Positions 53,801 to 62,800 of a stretch of DNA of 64,000 bases are shown here, one piece after another. A program made the translations under genes and the position numbers. Below the pieces are notes generated by a model. It did no database searches. It was not told the DNA's origin and saw nothing but the letters and a program-made list of their open reading frames with translations. The DNA comes from Lytechinus pictus (taxonomy: Eukaryota): contig NC_087251.1 in the NCBI RefSeq assembly GCF_037042905.1, positions 37,326,001 to 37,390,000 on the forward strand, written 5' to 3'. Each line of letters opens with the position of its first letter. Within the stretch, counting starts at the first letter, position 1.

Positions 53801-56800
53801 TATTATTACTATTTAGATATCCAGCATTTTCAACATAAGCAATTTACAAGGGAATACACAATAAGAATTAAAAAAAGAAGAAGACATTAAAATTACAAGT
53901 CCAGGTTGCCTGAGAAAAGATGTTATAACAAACTTACTTTAGCCCTAACCTAGACTTTGATAGCAAAACCCACAATCGTAAATTTTACAATAAAACAATA
54001 ACAATTACAATGAAAATAAAAATATATAAGAAAAAGAAAATATGGTGTCATTAGGAACAAAATATGAATTACCTCATACCATATTACATGTAGATCTCAA
54101 TAAAATGTTTAGACTCATTCCAATATTAGTTTAACAATTTTTTTAATGCAAAACAAACTTGAAATTAATCACTTTTATTCTAGCCAATACCAATAATGAT
54201 GAACAAGATGTCAAGGATGTTTCTATTCAATTCATTAACTTTGAATTATCGATAATAAATATTCACTTTTATGAGTAAAAAAGTACATGAGGTATTATCA
54301 GAGTTGTGATGATGACTGATGACCGGGGTAATAATATTGTTCTGATGTATTAAATGCTATATTAAGCTGAATATTTTTTTCTTTAATATTATTATTACTA
54401 TTTATTTTTTGTTTTTATTAATTTATTTATTCATTTATTTTGTCATTATTATAATGACTAAATTTCCATAAATATAAAAGTTAATGAACAGATACAGGAA
54501 AAGAACAATGTCAAATAGCATTCAATGACATGTCCAAATGAATAAAATTCATGTTAATTCTTTTTGACATATAAACAGTAACTAGTTTATTACTTTGAAT
54601 TATAATAACAGTTAGGTTCTTTCTACTAAAGTGATTTAATTTCTTACCCATTCCTGAGTGGTATTGACTGATAGTGTTCTCTTCAACTTCTTGTTCTTTG
54701 GGCCAGGGAGATCAAGATATGACAGCTGAAAATAGCAAAATATTTTTAAAAGATTAACACACACTGCAAATTTTCTGAACATTTACAAGGTCTTGTAGAC
54801 AAGCTTCTACCCTAAAGCAAACATGGCTTAAATCATCCTAAGACCATTGAAGGCACTGGGAGATTCGTTGTGCCCTCTCTTATCTACTTGTGCTGCAATA
54901 TGGAAATGTTCCCAACAGAAAAGTGCCCTGTCACTTGAAATATTGAAATCTAAGGCCTTAATCAAGGCTCGACATTAGCGGTGGCCCGGGGCCACCAGAA
55001 ATTCACCTCGGGCAACCATTATTGATAAATGTTAAGTTTTGGTTGCCCGATTCGGGCCACCAAAACTTAACATTTATCAATAATTTTCAAAGTAGCGCAA
55101 TTTTCCTCCCGATTTTGCACGCATTTATCAACTTTATACAGTTCAAATTGCAACCCAGTTCGTCATGCGCCCTTTTTGTTGATCTACACACAAATACACA
55201 CACACAAAGTTTACATATTAGGCCTACAGCTATAGCATACAGTAGCTATTATCCAGCCAGCCGCGCCGGCCGGCTGGCGTTAGCTTTGCATGAAGCCACT
55301 GCATACAGCTGTGCTCTAGATCTAGCTCAGCCTATTCAGACTCTGGGAGCTGCGATAAAAAATGTTGCTGCTAAGAAATCTTCCACAGAACTTTGAAAAT
55401 CTGAGTCAAAGTCACATTTTACACCAATGAAATGACATTTTACAGTCTATATTACGAAAATTTGGTGTACCCTGATTATTTGCAAGCATTAAGAAGAGGA
55501 ATTATGAGTTCTCTTTTGACTACAAAAGACCGATTTCCAAATGAATTAATACACATAAAAACACATAGGCAAGTACATCACAGTCCCACGTGTGCATTTG
55601 TATGTACGTTGATACTTTGTTTCTTTCGAAGCTGTGTCTTTTCTTGTTTATAAATGACTTCTTAAACCACTCTTGAGAAAGTGAATACTTTGGGAAGGCA
55701 TTTCATTGATATGAAATGTGAATTTTTCCAACATTTTGGCAAATATAGGGAAGGACTTTTCTCACTTTTTTTCCAGATATAACTTTTGCCATTTTCTTCT
55801 TATATTTTTTCTTTAATTTTTTTTACAGTGGTTAAACCATTTATACCCCTTCCCATTGAATATGCCTGATTAAAAAATATGTTTCTACTGAAAATAAAAT
55901 AATACAAACTAAAGGATATAAAAATAGAAATGTGCCATTCCCAGAAGGTAAGTGAAAATTATTTGCTTGGCTTTTAATTATATTCCAGTCAGAAAAGACT
56001 GTTGCCACAGCTGTTAAAAATGTTCGTAATGGCTTCTTAATTTTCCCCTTTTCCCCATGTTTATATTAATTTTGTTTTATTCATTTTTCTTTCACTTTCT
56101 TTTCTTTTTTTTCTCTCTAAATTTTTTCTTTTCTTTTTTCCCTGTTCTTTTTTTTTTCTTTCTTTCTTCATTTTCTTTCTTTTGTTTTATTTCACTTATT
56201 TCTTTTATTATTTTCGTTTTCTTTTTGTAATATACTTTTTGAAAATTATTTTCATTTGTTTCCCCCTTTTATGCATTGTTCTAATTTTGCAGCATATTTT
56301 TCTGTGATTTTCTCCTGCTATAATATGCTGCAAAAGAGAAAACGGAAATAAACTGGATTTGGGGCCTGCATAATCTAGGTTTTAGGATTCAAAGAGGAAG
56401 AAATGAAAAACCATTGTTTTGTACATCTATCTGAGTTTGCTATGCACTATTTATTTACTTTACCATTATGAGTGTGTGTCTATACGGAGATTTAAAAAAA
56501 AAAGTCCACACAACCTGCGAACAATAAAATTCATTTATTCTCTTTCAATCATTTCATTTTTACAACGATAGAAACAATTTATACATGTATTGTACCACAA
56601 GCCAATTAGCAAAGTAAAATAACAGCAAACAAGGTTTACATACAAGATGATAAAGTGAAAGTTCTTAGTGGTAGTGGCTGCAGAATTAATATTTCAGAAG
56701 TTTGTTTTATTAATTTTTAATGTGTTTCTTTATATTTTTCGGGCCACCAAACTTTAATATCGGGCCACCAAAAAAAATTATTTGATGGTTTTGGTGGCCC

Positions 56801-59800
56801 GAACGGGCTACCACCAAAAAAAGTTAATGTGGAGCCTTGCCTTAATGAATAACTCTTTTGGGAGATGGGAATAAGAAATATTGGATAAGTTTGAAATACA
56901 TTGTAGGATCTGGGTCCCTTAACACAAAACTTAACAATGATCGTAGAACATTTTTCTACGATTGATTCCATTGACTACAATGTACAATCAATCGTGAAAA
57001 CCAAGCGTACGATCAATCGCTAACCTTTATGTTACGGGACCCAGGTTAGAAAGAAAGAATGAACAAAGGGTCAGTCAGAACGCTGTAACTTCACAGCAAA
57101 TGCTTGTCATCTCCCAGAAGAGACATATTCCATGATCACTGTTATTTTCAGCATTGACTGTAAAGTAAGAAATAAAATTTGACTTTCTAAGCAAACAGAC
57201 ATAACTGATATCATATTCAATACAGTATTAATAATAGACACAGCTCAACCATCAACACAGAAACAGAAACTACTGGGTCTTTCTTTAACCTATAGCCAAC
57301 AGAAACCAAGTGGTTCCTGTACAAATCGGATGGGAAATACAGTATACAAAAAACAGACTTTGGGAAAGTACAGAGGAATTATTTGTGAGGTTGGTCTGGC
57401 AATTACTATTTTTCCTGAGGGGTGAAGTCTTGAGGGAAAAATAGTTATATTGCCAGTCCAACCGAGGATTAGTAATTCCCACTATGGGCAATTCCATAAA
57501 ATAATCAACCTTTTTGTACATCCGACCCCCATTTTTCTCAAGTTTTACTTCACTTCATAAACTGATGTCATGTTCATTTGAAAGCATTACAAACTATCAT
57601 AAGAACCAGAAATCAGAGACAGAAAATTTCACAAAGGTCTCACATACATGGGGTCGGATGACATATTCTATCGAATTGCCCATATGCTTTCAAAGGATAT
57701 GCCTGATATATTTGTGTTTTTATCCTACTTTTAATAAATTAGAACCAAAATCTATGAGCCATTGTTACTTGTGTCAAATTACCTACTTTCCCCTTAGCAC
57801 CACGCTAAGTGGAATGTGGATTAGTGCCTGTGCCGATAGCTTGCTGACAGCATACCTGAGAGATTACTTAAATATCCAGTTTTAAATAATGACATCAGAA
57901 TATTGGTACAGCGAAAAATATTTCAAGGTCTGACGTCACGCAACATCATAGTCAGAATATATCTGATCGCATGATGCTGTTTGAACCAATCACTATACAG
58001 GATTTAACCTAAGTAGGATATACGAGAGTGAAGTTGGCTCAGTGTGTAACGTGTCTGCCCGTCGAACCAAAGATTGTGGGTTCAAGTCCACCCCAGGCAG
58101 ATGACTGAAGCCAGTGTGTTGTGTGTAAACGTCTCTCCCATGTTTCATAGATGCAGGCTATGTTACAGTGGAAAACACTCTGTCCCTCGGATAGGACATT
58201 AAATGGAGGCCCCATGTAGAGGAGAGTCACCACCTTTGCACGTTAAGAACCCACTGCACTATTCGTATAAGAGTAGGGGGAAACCCCGGTGTAGTGGTCC
58301 ACCTGCACTCCCTCCAATCAGGTATATCGGGAGGAGAGACCTGCGGGTCACAGTGATTCAGTTCGCTTTTCGCCTCCCAGGCACAAGTGACGCCAAACAA
58401 ATAATAATAATAATAAAACTCAATAGTCATTGTGTTAATTACCTTGGGATCTAAAGAGGACAGCTTCTCTATTTTCTTGGCAGAGTCTCCTGAAGGATTT
58501 GTCTTCTTACTAAAGAAAATGAACGCTGCTTTGGGTTTGTCGCTCCATGAACACATGATAAAGTTGCTTGTCATCACAGCTGAACAAATATACACAGAAC
58601 GATAGCAGATATTATTTTTAAAGGGATGGTCCGGGCTGAAAGTACTTATAGCTTAATAAATAGAGTAGAATTCACTGAGTAAAATGCTGAAAATTTCATC
58701 AAAATCGGATAACAAATAATAAAGTTATTGAAGTTTAGCAATATTTTGTGAAAACAGTTGTCATGAATATTCATTAGGTGGGCTGATGATGTCACATCCC
58801 CACTTTCCGTTTTCTTTGTTATTACATAAAATCATATTTTTATAATTATTTCATACTTGATATGATATGATTTTATCCGATTTTGATGAAATTTTCGGCA
58901 TTTTGCTCAGTGAATTCTACTCTATGTATTAAGATATAAATATTTTCAGCCCGGACCATCCCTTTAAGAGAATTAAACAGATTAAAGTTTACACCATCAT
59001 TCACGTAATTAAGATTTCATAGGTTACAAACAGGCTCATTTTAATATAAAAATGCATATTCTCTTGCCAGAATAATTTCCAAAGCAAAATGCTAGAAAGT
59101 GATGTTACTGGAAACATGGTTCAGATTGTCCTATTCAAATGTCAAGAAATTCTAGTTCAGTTAGTTGAAAAAGGTATGTTGCCAATCTGCAAGCATGAAA
59201 TTTTCCTGGAATTGCATCTGTACAATATATTTAAAAGAAAGTCTACTAGAATAGCATTTCAAATTGTGAAGAAAAAAAACATTTTAACGCAACAAAAGTT
59301 TTTGCAATATTTTACACAATGTCTAAATGCAGCAGACACAATAATGATATCAAGTGAAGTGGGAAGTTTCCAGTAATAATTTGGGGGGGGGGGGTATTAG
59401 ATTTGGTTTGGACGGGGGTGTGCGGCTGAAGGTTCAAAACCCAGACCCAATTTTGGCTAAAAAAAGGTACCCATTATTAAGTATTTATTAAAATGTGAAA
59501 AGGAAAAAAAGGGATAAAAAGGTTATCACGCATAATTGGAGAATATGGAACCATGTTTAAGGCTAGTAACTAAAAATAAATGTTTGGGGATTTTCCAGCA
59601 TAAAACCATACCCATATTCAGGGATTTCTTCCAAAAAGCGACCCATTCCAGGGGCACATCCCCGCATGCCTTATTTTATGAGCACCCCCCCCCCCTGGGG
59701 TAATGATACAGGTTTATTTCCAATTAGTCTACTTCTCAGGGTCAGATTGTCTTATAGCATATGACTTAAATCAATTTGGTCTAATATCCTTTTAGTCTAA

Positions 59801-62800
59801 TCTCCACTTGGTCTAATACTGACTTGGGCTAACTTTCATTTAATTTAATCTATAAAGAGTATAAAGAGAATTTTCTCTCCGTCTACTTCTATTGCACTCT
59901 TTGAATTAAATTTGGTTCATAAACAGTTTATCTAATCATCTAGACTAACTGGTGTTTGACAAAATGGTAGTGAAGAGAAAATGGTAAATGGGCTTTAATA
60001 GTGGGAATTAGATTAAATAGACAAACTAGGTGTGGACAAAATGGCCCGTATTCTGAAGTCATGTTTAACTTAGACAAAGGTCTAACTCTGTACTAAAATT
60101 ATGGGGAGCCAAAAATACAAATAAAAGTTTATATTGTATATTTTTTATGTTTACTGTTTTGTTTCCTTTTGTTTCATAATGAAGAAAATACTTCAGTTAT
60201 CATTCCCAGACAATTATGGACAATTTGGGTGTCATATGAGTTAAAGAATTGAATGTGTACTATTGGGGATTTGTGCCCCAATTGGCTCTCCATAGTTAAA
60301 CCACAACTTTAAACCAGGGTTTAATTTAAACCCGACTTCAGAATACGGGCCAATGAGATTACACCATGTGGGATGAAACCAAAAGGAAAATAGGCAAATA
60401 GACAAAGTGGATGTAAACCAAGGGGCAATTTATCATAATTAATACAATGAAGTTAAGGGTGTCTTCGAAAATATACCATGATCAAACTTACCGTGCGTGA
60501 TAGAAGGAGGAACCTTTCCTTGAAGACTCTTATCAATGACCAGTCTATCAATATCCCCACTGTGACTGGCTATTTGTATAGAAAGCAACACACAGTTACT
60601 CAAAAGGAGCTGGACATTCTTCTGGGATCTCCATAGTGTAGCAACTATTTCATGACTGGCAAGTAATTCCTTTTCAACACCAACAAGAAATACAAAGAAA
60701 ATAATTGTCATCTGCAATTTAACTAGCAAGTAATTCCTTTTAAAATTTAAGAACAAATACAAATAGATAATTGGCAATAATTGTGTAGTTTAGGAGTACA
60801 GTATTGTTGAACAAATATGATTAAAAGACAATCTTCATATGAGGGATTAATCTCTAATTTTACTCAAAATTCTAAGATCTATTTTATGATCTTTCTTTGA
60901 CCTTGAATATATTTGTCTTTCTCTGCACAGAGTTATGACAAAATTATCTTTAATGGAGACAAATTCATTAGGAATGCTATGGAATATATCTACATAATTT
61001 GGATCTCCACTTGAATCATACATTATGATATAGTATTTTTCAAAATCTTAAGATTCATTGGTTAAATAACACAATATAAAGAATATACATTACACTTTGC
61101 AGAAAAATATAGTCAAATGATATTACCATCCATGGGAAGTGTAATAGTGATAACAAATATACATGTACAAAGCCCTGTAATACTAGTCCGCAGTGACATC
61201 ATCTGGCTATAGAGTACCAAAGTGTGACGTCATAAATTTTTCCATTTTTGCATGTCAGCATTTTTTTATACCATATTTTGATAGAGCATGATAAAAACCC
61301 CAACAACCCAAATTTGGTGGGATTCGGTCCATGGGGATCCAAGATATGACCTCATGAATACATAATTAGCCCCCCATTGAAGTCAATGTTATTGGGCTGG
61401 TTCTAAATGTCAGGAACCAGGCAAATAATACATGTACATTGACTTTAATGGGACAAATTATGTATTCATTAGGTCATCTCTAAGGCCCTCTAAACCAATT
61501 CCCTCAAAATTTAGGTTGTGGGGGTTTTTCTTCATGCTCTACCAAAATATGGTATCAAAAACGCGGAAATACAAAAAAGTTTTTCTGTGATTTCACCACG
61601 TCAGTACTCAATAATAAACAACACATGACATTTTTAATTATTACATAATAAAATATCGAGCATCAAATACACAAAATGGAAATGGAATCCATAGAAATAA
61701 ATGAACATCAGCCTACCTCCGCTTCTTTAAGAAGATCCCTAAGTTTATCCGGCCTTCTGTTCTTTGGTGTCCAAACTTGATCTCGACCTACAACATTGAA
61801 TGATTAGATAAACACAAGAATCATATATTGATGATAAAAACTCAAAACAGACATTTGTGAATGCTAAGGAACAAAAGGATCTCGGCTAACTTCTAAATAT
61901 TCTCATTTTCTGATAATGGCCATCATACCAGCAATTTGAATCAAACTTCACAATGTTTTTGTTTTATCAACAGGTATATGTATCAAGACTGATCTACAGC
62001 TGAGCAGTCTATTATAGGATTCCACAGTGTATTACTGACCTAATTATAGGACAGTCGTCCTTTCAGGTTTTCAACATTGAAATCTTGAGCATTTAATCAA
62101 AATGGAAAAGACGCTATATAAATCATATGTATTATTATTATCATTATCTGTTAATGAAATATTATTTCAGTATTTTTTATATCATTTCGAAAATGAAATT
62201 TGTATGTTCAATTGTGCTGAACCAATACTTACTTTCAAAATACTGCTGCTTCTGATCCATATATCCAGTGTTAACTAAATATAAGAAATTCAATCAAATG
62301 AAGTAACAGTTAGTGAAATAGTGTTCCAGGGATACTATTACTTTAATCATAATTTCAATAAACTGTTATCATAATATTCATAAATCAAAATTATTATTTT
62401 TATCACATGACTCTAATGGAGTCACTCCAATAATGCATACATAAACCAAGTTTGAAATTAACCCCTTGGGTGGTTCTTTCATTATCGAAAGAACGTAAAA
62501 AAGGATAGATAGATGGATGACCTGAAACCATCCACTGTGGGCAGAGTCATTAAAAGATATTGTTTGGGATATGGTTGATATTTCATAAATCATTATCAAA
62601 CAATAAAACATTGAAATTAATCCCTCTTTAGTTCTTTAGTTTCAAGAGAACATAAACAGGATGGATATACCGATGGCCCCAATCATGCCACTAGCAACCA
62701 TCTACATGTGTTGTGGGTGATCATAAACAAAAATATTACTTAAGTTAGCAATTAGGATTTATTAAATCTTCAAATACTCAAAATTAAAAACAGTAGAATC

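Noticed and set aside
58024..58100. tRNA gene
   Set aside because: A and B boxes are present, but I see no clean cloverleaf or poly-T terminator; the sequence continues into a SINE body and tail.
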